Assembly (NCBI GenBank): GCA_964187785.1
Contig: OZ076410.1
Location: 22,940,001-23,004,000, forward strand
Origin: Amphiscolops sp. MND2022
Taxonomy: Eukaryota
Reading direction: 5' to 3'
Length of the DNA stretch: 64,000 bases
Of the stretch, positions 1-12,700 are shown one piece after another; the stretch's first letter is position 1, and each line of letters starts with the position of its first letter. The notes below the pieces were generated by a model that saw nothing but the letters and a program-made list of their open reading frames with translations, was not told where the DNA came from and searched no databases. Made by a program: the position numbers and the translations under genes.

Positions 1-536
1 TTGCTATTTGATCTTACGTAATCGAAACGGCTTTACAACGATGGCAGAACGTTACAACAATGGCAGAACTATGTTGCAATGGCAAACAATGTTAGTCAAA
101 TTAGAAAAACATTTTGAACATTGAGAGCCCGAAATTTTTTCCGTTCCGCATTTTGGGATTCACCTAGTAACGCAATCATTCATCACGTGATCTTCAGAAA
201 AAAAATCTTCGTTCGGTGACTCTAAAAACAAAAACCGTTTCAACATTACTATAAAAGATAGCAAAACAAAATAGCAAAAATAGCTGAAAAAGTTGAATCC
301 GCAGTCTAATTCGTATCGCTATGGACCGAAGAATAATACGAATTATCCGGATGATATGTGGTCGTCGCAAAAATGTGGGCTTCAGGTATATACGATTTGA
401 ACGAAGATCCGAATTATCTGGATAAGAATCAACCGGAGTTGTCTGCTCATCTTTTAGTGCTGGACGATTCACACATGGATGAATCGTTCAAAATCTTGTG
501 AATGCATGACATGCCCTTCGGTGAACTTGTACTAGC

Positions 537-753
537 CTATGTGGTCTATCATGACGTCGATGATGTCCAGACTGAGATTGCGGATGTCGTTTTTGTATGA
601 GGACAGATTTTGGGCGACGGCTGGCACCACCATGTTGGCCACACTGGAAAAGTAGTCCCTCAAAAGGGGCACCAGCTGTAACATGCTCTGCAAGGCCAGA
701 AGATTCACCTTCGAGTTGGAATCCGTCAGACGGTGAATAAACTCATCGAAAAT
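537..753 (-). CDS. TOGARAM1: TOGARAM1 exon 24 (probable GC donor)
   Basis: tttgttgttcag|IFDEFIHRLTDSNSKVNLLALQSM...VMIDHI G|GCTAGT; an in-frame TAG follows immediately. Confidence 0.85.
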
Positions 754-3700
754 CTGAACAACAAAGTTTCAGACTATTTTCTCATGCCGGACCAACAAAG
801 TGGCAGAATTTATAAAGAGAAACAGAGTCAATGTGTAGCAAGATGGGAACGTCTCAGTTGAGTCTCGGAAATCGCACAGTATTTCAAATTCACGCATGAC
901 CTGTTTTTGAGGTTATAAAAAATCTGAAAAAGCGAGACCCTTTGAGCTTACAAAAACTTTTTGTCAACTGATATCTTTTAGAAAACAGAGCGACACTTTG
1001 GTGAAATGAAAACTTTTAAGAATTCGCACGGTGCCGAAAATAACCCAAAGGGGGACTTTTTGGATACCCTTCAGATCATAAACGTACAGTCTGTAGAAAT
1101 GAATCATTTAAACGTTTGTCAACTGACAGGAAACTTTCCGCTATAAAAATAGGACATTTGTTCCAACAAAAAGCACTGACTAAAAACATCAGGGCAAAAA
1201 CAGCTTTCTCCAACTGCTAATGAAAATAGCAAAAAATCATCCAACTCGACCCAAAGTAATCCCCTAGAGCCGAACTTTCGCCTAACACTTTGCATTTCAT
1301 TTATTACATTCATTCTGTTGTTGTGAGCAGGTCCGCGACTTTAAAAGTTTCCAAAAAACAAACACCCTTCGCTCGGCAACAATTTCTAATACCTAAAGAT
1401 GTGCCGAAAATGTGAGCCATGTCAACCCGTTATTCTGTTGTCCTTGTGTGCCGGGTGCAACATTACAAATAACGGTGGTGACGGCCTAGTAGTCAAATCT
1501 GGGATCACACCATAAGGGCTTTAACAGACATTATTTAATAACTCACGGCATTAATCTGGCCTCCTATCAACTCGGGTCTGTCTCTACTGAGGTCAACAAG
1601 ATTGACGATGGCATTTTCTCTGTCTCGGAAGTCACCCGACTTCAGATTGCTGCAGATACTGCGCACCGATTCCTTGTCGTCATCCGTAACTCTCCTGTAC
1701 AGAACATTCAAAACAAGATTTTCAATAAGTGACGTCTCAAAAGAAATTACAGTGTCGGAAAAAAAAGACGCACAGAGCCGAGAAAAAAGGCTGTAAAAAG
1801 GTATTTTCCATAATCATTGAGAAAATTCATTAGTTCCACAGGATCAAAAAGTAAGAAAGAAGTCACCCTGAAGACTCGGGAAACATGTTTCCTTTACAGA
1901 AAATCTCAAAAAAACTAACATTGTGAAAAAAATTCGAAAAAAAAACGTTGGGCGTTTGAGCCTACAACGGTTTACTGAAGACAAAAATAATATAACGAGT
2001 ACATGAACTTTAGCGCCGATTATGCAATGTTTATCAAAAGTGCGTACAATTAAATGTCAATGAAATTCAATATTTTAGAACAAAAGTCGGCTGTCAATCA
2101 AAATTGACATGTCAGTCATTTTTACAAGATAAATAAATTCAGAGGACAAAAGTTTTGTGTTTATGTTTTATGTTAATTCAAAAAAGGGAATCGGTTCGCC
2201 CGAACCGTCTTTTGGCGGGTTCGAAAACCCATCGGTAGCGTGAAGGTCAACGTTCGTACCGCAAAACATTGGTATTTTAATAAGGTGACACACTACTTTC
2301 ATTTTCTGTTGACAAACAATTTTCAATACGCACTGTGCCGAAAAAAAACTAAAAGCGGCCAGCTGTGCTCGGAAAACGCTGTTATTTTCGCTGAAAATCG
2401 AGGGAGGGAGTTTAGGTTTGGAAAAAAAGTCGCATAGTGCCGAAAAAATTCCAAAGGGGACCCATTGGTCTTCCCCCTACTTTTGCGAACATTAAAATTT
2501 TTTGATTCAGTGCGAGAGTCGAACCCACGGACCCCTGCTTTTTAGACCGCGGGAAAACTGCGTTAACCACTATGCCAAGTGACAGTGAGAAGTTACTTGA
2601 CAAGAACTTTTGGTAGAACTATTTTGGACGAAAAGGCATGACTATAGTCACTCTTCTACAGAAAAGCGCTAAAAAAATCCGTTGCTCTCATTCAGTGAAA
2701 AAAAAACTTTTTTAAAAGTGGCCCATTCTTTACCACTGAACGAATTGTTTCAGAATTATTTAAGACTCAGTGCATAGACGTAATGGCTTTCCGGGAACTT
2801 CTTGAAATTTTTTTTTTCAATTTTTCAAGTTTCCCTTCCTCTTTTGAGACTCAAATAGCGACTGTACGTAATCACAGGGTTACCAGACAAAAGTGCCCTA
2901 ATCATAAGAGCTTTTGTCTGGGGCGCTTATGACTGTACACGAAACAGGCAGGGTCTAGCATTGGAAAGTCTGGTCATTCAAACAGCCAGTAGCTTCGAAT
3001 TGAAGTAAGAACAGAACATGAATAGGTTGGGTTACCTAGAAGCTGGTTTATTGGCACTTGAGGAAGAGTTCCCACCCCCGTTGGAATGAGATTGAGAGTT
3101 CATAGGGTGTGATTTGGAGCCCCCTCCGGCTGAAGAGGGAAACGTCCCGTTCATTTGGTCATCCAGGGCACTGCTATCCAACCTGTGAACAAACAGGGTA
3201 CATAGTTAAGTGCAGATAACTTTTGGAAAAAAAAACAAGAATTGACCGGACGTGATAATACGAGATATTTCGGTGACAAAACTTTACAATAGACTATACA
3301 AACTGCACAAACAACTAGTTTTGGAGGAAAAACAATATACCTCACTAGTTAGTAAGAACAATAGGAGAGAGATGTTCATACTTCCCGGATAAAATTTTGT
3401 TCAATTAAAACAACAGTTTTTGTTTCATTCAGATGACAGTGCGACTAGTTAGCCAACCTTATCGAACCCCCGCTGAAAGTGCGACTGTTGTAGCTGGGCT
3501 TCCTGGCCAGCTTGGCACTGGGCGTTTCATTGGGGTGTTCTCCAGGCCCCCCGTTGTTACGTAATGTCTCCATCAGCTTCTTCAAGGGGTGCACATTGCT
3601 GGGCTGAACAGATTTTTGGAGACTAGTCTCCAGGTTGTGGGGATCTTCCTGCATGAGGAGCCACAGCATCTTCTTGCCGTAGAACCTGAGCAAAAAATAA

Positions 3701-6700
3701 TACCTCTCATTTGAATTCTAACAATTTATTGGATAGAGCACACAATGCATTTCTTCTTGCATATATTTGAATTGCTTATATTTGAACAATTGCTTATATT
3801 TAAATAATTGCCAACTTATGGTTTGGCCGCTAAGCGACATCAGCTATCGCTACCGCCTATGATGAAAAACGGTATCCACCTGTAGCTAAATAACAAATTG
3901 AAGTTAAATTTTCCGAAAATATTCCGATCGTGTGAGAAAAGGAACCGATCACGGGTCAAACATTGACAAACTCTTCAATTGTGGTGTCTAGAAGTCTTGA
4001 AAAAATCACAGCCCAAGCGTTTCGCTTAGCTACTGAGTTCAGGGTTTCAGCAAAAGTTTTGGGAACAAAAAACGATTTCGCGAAAAAATATCCAACAGCA
4101 CAGCCGTAAGAAGCGATAGCGTTAAATTTGAATATTGATCAAACCCATGTTACCAAACATTACGATACATGAGCCGCATTGAACTAGCAAGATCTTGCTA
4201 ATTCGATAAATAGCCAATAACAACTCGTTATAATTTTAAATACACATTACGTTTCGATACTCATTACACTATTTGATTAATCGTTTCACTAAGTGATTAA
4301 AATTCGTGGTTTGACTCCTTTACACAATATTCAATTACACACTTTGACTAATTTCCACTTCGAACATCAATACGGAATTTGATTAAAATTCACTTTAGTC
4401 TGGTACACATTTTGAAAAAAAATGCACTAATTGATGGATTTACACAGTGTAATATAATCAAAGTGTGTAATATGGGGTAACTTTGACGACATCATTGTAA
4501 TACACGTTACCTTAATAAAACGTTAATTAAGTTAATTAGGTTTGGGTGTAAAACAATCAAATTGATTGCTTTTCACATCCCATTGATTCAAGACATTCAA
4601 TTCCGTCACAGAATTGAATGTGTTAAATTATTCAGATGTGTAAAACAATCATAAGGGTTATGATTAATTCCGTTTCGATTATTTCCGAATTAATGGAATA
4701 GTAACGGAAATAAAGAATTAATGAAATTTTCACACGAAAATTAGCTGTAATTAGAGGTGTAGATTATATTTGTTTTTATCTCTATTTGTCACTGCTTGAC
4801 TGAAATACGCAATAAAGTAGCTAATACACGTTACACTCCTTGACTAAAATACGGTTCGAGACTATTTTACACTGAAAACATATTACACTTGATGATAAAA
4901 ATTCATTTTTCCGGCTCATGTATCGTAATGAAAATAAATGACCAAATTCATTCCAGGAGTCAGCGTTCTGTATTCCGCAATTGAGAAATTACTTCCAGAA
5001 GGAATCAAAGGTTTCTTGTATTTCAAACAGGTGCTGTTTGTCCAAACAGGTCGAATTTATTGCTCTCAGAGGATACAGGAAGCAATCCTGAAAATTTGAA
5101 AGCATCTTCAGAACTTGAATTGCTCATTCAACGAGACTGTTAATAAACCAAATGAGCAAAAGATCTATTTCACAGAACCAACGCCCTGAAAGCAAATTAG
5201 AATTAAGTACAATATCGTAAAAATTAGAGAGAAGGCGAAAGCGGTCTTGACAAGATTTTAATCGCTTATTTTGAGGGAAACATTTTGAAATGAAAAATGA
5301 ATCTTTATTTATGATAGATACCATATAATTTTGGAAACACCCTATCATTCAATAATTCAGTCCATTCTTGAAGCCTAGAAAGACTTAATGTCAAATAGTT
5401 CGAGACATTTTTCGCAATCATGTTTGCAACCGAAGTGAACAAATCGTTGATTTGGAAACTCCTACTGCATATAAGTGAGGAAAAATATTTCAAACTGCAT
5501 TGGAAAACAGAAAATGGGAAACTGAAAACACCCGCGAATGTCGAATACCAAAATTAATTAACGTAATTTGTTTCGGGTCACACTTGTTACCCATACTGAA
5601 TCGTTCTTTATTTATATTGAAATCAAGTGAAATTTAAATGAACATTTATATTAATTTCAATTCCAAGATGTGAATGTTCATCCCTGGTTAAGACTGGCGA
5701 CTGACCTTGCTTCGGGGGCGCTGTCGAGGGCGAAGCAGGCGATTGCACTGACTGCTTGGCTGATTGTCTCTTGACGGGCCTTCACTCCCCTCGACGGGTC
5801 CAACACCCGCTCTATGATGATGCACAAAATGTACGACGCCGTCTTGCGCACTTCTTTGCTCTTGTGACTGCAACAAAATAGAATTTGCGTCGTGTGCTAA
5901 GACCAGAGCCGCATGTGCGGCAAAGGAGTCGAATTAGGACTTTTTCCTTCTGACTCGCTCCAATCCCAGTCATACGATTTTGATGCCATTACACACATAG
6001 GACCCTCATGTGGGTTAGAATGACAAGAAAATTTTGCTCGAATCGTATGAACAGTTTTGGAGAAAAATGAAATTTTCATTAAAAGGTCGTTAGAAAAAAG
6101 ATACGATTGCATAAGTAGTCGAATTTTTTTACCGCGAGTCCAGTAAAAAAAATTAGCGTTTGGCGAGCTTATAAGGGTCTTTTGAATTTCGAGAAAAAAG
6201 CCCGTAAATTTCGGTTTTTTGATGTTTAGAAGACTGCTTTTTTGAGTCTTGGGGGCATGGAGGTCGTTGCCCGCTTGTTAAATCAGATGAAAAATTGGGG
6301 AGAATAGTATCCATGTGAAAGCAGGAATCGAAAATTTGGGAGCAGACATTGTGTGCTTACGCGGAACTTTGGGCGAGAGCGGCGATGGATCTAGCAGGGG
6401 TAGTCTTCTCCGCCATCGTGGTCAATGCCTTCTCCACATCATCCCTAATGAAACCACTCGACTCCCCTGTCTTGGTCAGAAGACAGCCCACCGTCAATTC
6501 CAGGTCCTAAATAAAAACACGTACCTATTAAGAAAGCGTTCTTGGATGCGGTACAAAACAGCCGATTGTCTCGTCTTAAAATCGGCTGTTTTGTTTCGTT
6601 TGAAATTCGACTGTTTTAAAACAGCCGATTTTCAAAACGGAACAAAATGAGTGCTGTTACAGCCAATATGAATGGAACTTGATTTATTTGAAGAGGTTCA

Positions 6701-9700
6701 TATTTGTTGTATGGCTCGGTCGCTTCGATCCCTTCGCCAAGTAGCAACATTGAAGCTTGGCCATATGGCACGTCGCTCCGCTTCGTTTCGCTTCTGCATT
6801 CAGAGCACAAGGGGTATGTGAACATGGCTGACTACGTTATAATAATTTTATTGACTGCTAATCTTACGCCATGACAAAATCGGCTGTTTTGTCCCGCTCC
6901 AAGCGTTCTTATCAACGAATTGCCTGACGCTTATAACATACTCTTATTAAGATCTGCAACTTCAGGCCAGATGTTCCCGATTCGAACAGAAAATAATTTC
7001 ATGAAGACTTATCGTCCTTATAGCCTTTAAATCCCATTATGTTTGCCAGCGTCATTACAGTGCATAGACAAGCTAAATTTCTACAAACACAATTCTGTGC
7101 GTGTAACCCCTTAGATTCCACAGACATGTCTTTAAACGTGCGAAATTGATTAATTTCCACTAGTTTTGTGGAAACCGAGACACCGTCAACGCAATTCTGT
7201 GGAATCCCATAACATATACCTAAAACATTAGAGGTGCCGTGGAAACTGATACAGCTGTCGGCAACTTAACGGTTAAGTAGAGACAAGTTTAATCAAAGAA
7301 GTCAAATCTTTTTAGAACCCGCAAGTATTGTTCAGCTAAGATCTTTCTGAAAACAGATGATAGATTTGTAGTTGTATGATGGAACACTTCTCATGTGTCG
7401 TTTAAAATACAATCATTCCGAAATCATATTGTTTGTTCCTACTTTTCTTCTTGGACATCAGTCAAATACTTGCATAACAAGCCAGCAACGGCATAAGTCG
7501 GCGCATCACTTAAGGCTCAAAAATAGCAAAAGGACTTTTCAAAGTGTCAAATATTCTCTTCCACAGTAATTGAACACGAAGGGTGACCGAACTGGCGCGC
7601 TAAATAGGGGACCCTTTGGAAATTGTTTTTTAACATCCATTCGGTTGCAAAATCTCAAAAAAAATCGAAGGGGGGACCCTTTGGAGACATTAAAAAATTT
7701 TCAAAAAAAGTGTCACAATGCCGAAAAAAACTGAAAGGGAGGACCCTTTAGTCTCGCCCGGTATTGATGTTACACTGAAAAAAAGAACAACTTTTATAGG
7801 TCAGTTCCTGGGTTAAATGGTCCAATTTGGCCCCTTAAAATTTTGTAGAACTTTGTAGAACTATTTGGCCAGTTCGTGTGGATTGAAAAAAAAGTCTATT
7901 ATGGTCGCGCTTCACGTCATGAACGCCGACTAGAAATAGTTTCAAAAAAGTTATACATGAGCAAATTCCTAAGGTTTCACACGACTGAACAATGTATATC
8001 TAAAAGACGCATCTAATAGACCTTTAGCAGCAGTAGTATATCACTGACCATGTCCATGCGTTTGTCGAGATTTTTGAACAAAGTCCTCATCAGTTTGATG
8101 GCCTCTCTGGCGACCTGTGATCTGAGGTTCTTGACCTCTGCAACCACTGCCAGGTTGACGTCATGCATTTGGGCACCCAGCACTTCCGGGTACTTCTCAC
8201 TCATCACCGACAGTAAAGCTATACCCTCACACTTTGACCCCCTGACAACACAAAACAGGCACGGCTGAAGCATTTCCATCAACCATGATAAAGTCAACCC
8301 CGGAGTTAATTTGTATCCGGATAATGTGGATCTTCGGTTAAATCGTGTCTCTGAGATGCCATCTCGCGGATACAAATGTATTATCATCCGGTTAACTTTA
8401 ATACTCGTAGTTTTATTCGGTCCCTAGCGATATGAATTGGGTGGATTCCACTGTAATTGACCAATATAATTGAAAATGTTAAAAAGTTTTTGAAAGTTCC
8501 AAAAAACCTCACGGTGCCAGAAAAATCACAGGGGCCGAAAAATATTGTGTTCCTGCATTGCAAAGAATATTGTGAGAAATTCGACAAGTGGAAACCTACA
8601 AATGTTGCATCATAATGTATATACAGCTCAGAATAAAAACGAGATTTTGACGTATAACACTTTCAGAACCCCTGTTAATTAATGTCATTAAAATTAATTC
8701 CACTTTTTTGGCCAAAAAAGAGCCACAGCTTTTATTCGGTTCGGATAATTGAGATAACAAAAATGAATAATGGTCCAACCAGTCCTGATTCTGGATGAGG
8801 TTCATGGCCCGTTTGAGTTCCACGTCGGGGGTGCTTCTCAATTGAGGAGGGGGTGGCTGCGCTGCGGCCGCTAGGGGGCTGCTGTTTGATGACGTCGACG
8901 ACTGCTTGTTGTTGGGGCTGAAACAACACAATGACGTCATATGCAGGTATAGATGTTCAAGAACATTCGTTTCAGTATTCAAATGAAGCCGCGCGAACAC
9001 AAACATTTTTTCACAATTTCAAGTTGAAGACCAAATTCGAGACTCTGAAATTTTTGCAGAAAAAGGGAATTTCAGATTATTTGCACAATAATCAAATTCA
9101 CAAATTTTTGCATCAATAAATCAAATGTTACGATCCCCAAATTCTCGAAAAGCTGCGAATGAAATCGCTATCAAAATGAGGTGTGCATGCTTTGAATACT
9201 GTCCCGTGATAAAAGAATGGAACCCCTAATTGATGAAAATGTTTGGAACACTTCACTTTTCTGCCCATATCTCTGAAACTATTGATATTCAAGAGAAATG
9301 CCTTTGCTAAAAACTTCTCGAAATTTAATCTAGTTTACATTCGTGCTTGTTTGAAAGTTCTATGACAAACATAGGGGGATGTCATGACAAAGTCCCACAG
9401 TCACTGACAGGGGAATTAGCTCTCAATGCCTCTCTGTAATATTTGGTTTGCATTCTTTATCACAGGACTGTAGATGGTGTGTTAAATAGCTGCAGTTAAA
9501 AGAGACAGAAAAGAAGCAAGAACTTAACCTTAACTTGGCCAATGTGCCAAATTTGGCACATTTAGTTTCTGCAAATTCTTAACGCACCAGCTGATTGTAT
9601 GGTAAAGCAAACCCTTTAATAAGAGTTTCAGACAATTATTGCATAGCATTCGGCGCATTTTCGTGATGTCTCCAAAATCCAGAAAATGAGGCGAAAAAAT

Positions 9701-12700
9701 CAAAAGAAAAATAAGTGCAGATTTTCCGTTTTCCCAGTTTTCGTTTGTGCCCCTTTTATCCCACTGGTATCAACATTGGGTCAAAGCGGCCCCAGCATGT
9801 TTTGAAACATGCTGAAAAGCAAGCAGAGACACGACGCGTGCAAAGTTTTGGCGCAAAGTTCGGAGCCCCAAGCCCAGCAGTTTAAAAATTGATTTGAAAG
9901 CCCCAATGCTCCTCTTTCGAACGCTGTATAAATCGTTTGTCGGACTTGTATAGTTCAGAAGATATTACGGTTTAAAGTTGAAGCACCCGATTTTTGGATG
10001 AACAAGATTTTTCCTGGCCAACTTAAGGTTAATTGAAAGAAAGAAAATACCTTTGCGGACTCCAACACTCAGGTCTAAAAGAATGATGACAGAACATCAA
10101 TGGATCTTCTAAAGTCCAGTCTTTAATATTTCTAGACGGCGCTGTATGGAACATAGTCTGGCTTATTATAGAAGCTTTTCACTCCTTTTTTGCAACCCTG
10201 CGGAAGCGACTAAGGGTGTACCGGGTATCATGGTTCAAAATTTGAATTTGACTTGAAATAAAATTATAACCAGATACCTTTTTTCTTTCTTGGTCATTCA
10301 CCTCGCCCGAGTATGAAGACAGTCTTTTATCGCAAGTAGTCAAACAAAACTATAAACTTCGGTCGGTATTCGGCTTAAATCAGTCTTCTCCGGTTACACG
10401 GCAGGTATCCGACTTCAATTAGACTTCTGTGGATCTCCTCCGGACAGAATTTTACGGTCCGGTACACGACTTGAAATGACTACAATGCTTCAACTGGAAC
10501 TAATCGATATTTGAGGCATCGAAAGCAAGATAACTCAGTGGTAAAGGTTAGAAGTTTCTAGAAAGAAAGTTGAGATTCAGATTTCAGGCGCAGTCAATAC
10601 TTTTTTTTGTAGAAATTCTGAAAGTTTACAATACTTTCACGGAAATTGACCCGTTCTATTAATACCATCACTATTTATGAATGTTTCATCGTAAAGCAAG
10701 CCGTCGAGTAATGTTGTTCCTGGCTTGTATTTCCTACTTTGTACTGAGCGTAGACGAAGTTTCGCATTCGCATTTGAATGGAGGCGAAGCTCTCGGCGAA
10801 CGAATAATTACCACTCGTTCGCTTCATCTCAATAACTCGGCGAACGAAAGCATTATTTAAAACACTTGCTCGCTTCATCTCAATGAATTAGACGAACGAA
10901 TGCATAACTACCACTGTTCGTTTCATCGCACGAGAAACGCCGGCAACATCAGAAATTTAAATCTCACGCTTATACTCACTGCCGAACGAAATAACTGAAT
11001 TTTTCAGTAGGTCCACATGCTCCTCAGTAAAATGCAATTTAATTTGGATATAACGGCAAAAATTCCGATATAGCGAATATTTTGTTCATATCAGAAACGA
11101 TATTAATATAGTTCAATTCGCTGGACCAAATTGTACATTTCAATACCCTTTATACTCATCCGGTTTTGTAGGCTACGTTTAAAAAGTAAAAAAACCAAAG
11201 GGGGACCCTTGGAATAACTTAGATGCGTTTCCCGGCTATTCATTTAGTTTCCTTTAGTTGAACATACTGAACGTTAACGTTCGTCGCTTCGAGTCTGTCT
11301 TTTAAAAAAAAACGAGTGACTGTAATAGTCGGGCTCTTTTATTAATAAAAGCATCGACTAAAAACGCCATATTATGCGTAAAACAAAATTTCACGCTTCA
11401 AATAAAAAAACGTTATTCCATAGTTAGCCCTTTGCAATGCAATTTGTCAGAAGCACGCCTCTGGTGGGTCAGCCAACAGCCAATTGGTAATCTGTAACTT
11501 TTCGACGAGTTAATTTTTCGAGAACAGTTTTTCGCACTTTAATTTCAAATAGCTGTTTTTGACAATTTGTATTCGCCGAGTTGTGTTTAACGAGTGTTCC
11601 CGCATACCGTAATATTCATAATACAGCAAAGATAAATAAATAATAATCTAAAGCTGGATCTATTTCTAAAGAACAAAATCTTTCTACCCTTATCAGACTT
11701 TCGATGTCAGCAAAAACGCTAGAGGACAGTGTGATTAACTGAAAGCATCCAAATCTTGAAAAAAAAATTTTCTATTTGAATGAATGAGAATAATAGACAA
11801 TGATTTTTGGACTCACTTGTGAAGTCAGTGAGAAGTCTTCTTGGCGAACTATTACTGAGTTAATAGTCAATAGTCGCTTTCTGTCGATAACAGTTTTATG
11901 CCTAGGTACACTAAACGAAAAATAAAGTGTACAGATCTTTTAGACTACACTAAAGAAAAAGCACTACTGAAAAGTTTCAATAGCATTCAGAAATACGGAT
12001 AAATGTAGTAAAAACCACAAGTTAATATTGAGGTGACTCACAAGCTAGATTTGTGTTTGGGTGGTGCCCCTCCTCCCGCAGTTGCTCCATTCGAGGAGCT
12101 GTGATTGAAAGAGTTAGGGGGTGCGCCATGATATGACGTCATACCTCCCCCTCCCCCTCCTGTCTTGTTAGCCACAGGTGCAGAATTGAGAGAAGTGCGC
12201 GCGTCTAGCGTTGGTTCTACCCAAGCTGAAACAAGATTTAAAACATTGAGTGCATAAACTTGGCATTTTTCGTCAAGAGAACACTTACCGGATTTCGAAA
12301 CGAGTTCGCATAATACCAGTCTAATTGTGCTATGCAAATCTTTGGCTCAAAGTAGTGTCGCATAACTCAAAAATTTTCTTCACGTAAAGTTTTATTCAAT
12401 TACCAAAATTGCCGCAGAAAGAGAAACATCTCTTTGGGGCTTCAAAAACGCCTGCTTAACTAGAAATGCACAAAGGAACTCGCATTTGAAAACTTGACAA
12501 TCCTGTAGAGTTTCAGATAAAATTTTATAAAAGCAAAATAAAATGAAACTCTAACACATTGATACATGCTTTTTGCATTTTCAGTCGGCACTGTTCCCTT
12601 TACAGCATTTAGTAGAAAGATCAGACAGAAATTCCTGTTGACTCCGCTGCTAGCGCAATAAAGGCAGGGAAAGATTAGCTGTCAATTTTTCTAATTTTCG

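Noticed and set aside
4240-4900. TTACAC/GTGTAA-rich stretch as a defined element
   Set aside because: The motif enrichment is visible but I could not place TIRs, a TSD or a second copy.
10742-11010. CRISPR-like array of hairpin repeats
   Set aside because: Eukaryotic intron, no cas genes, and the apparent spacers are homologous among the three copies.
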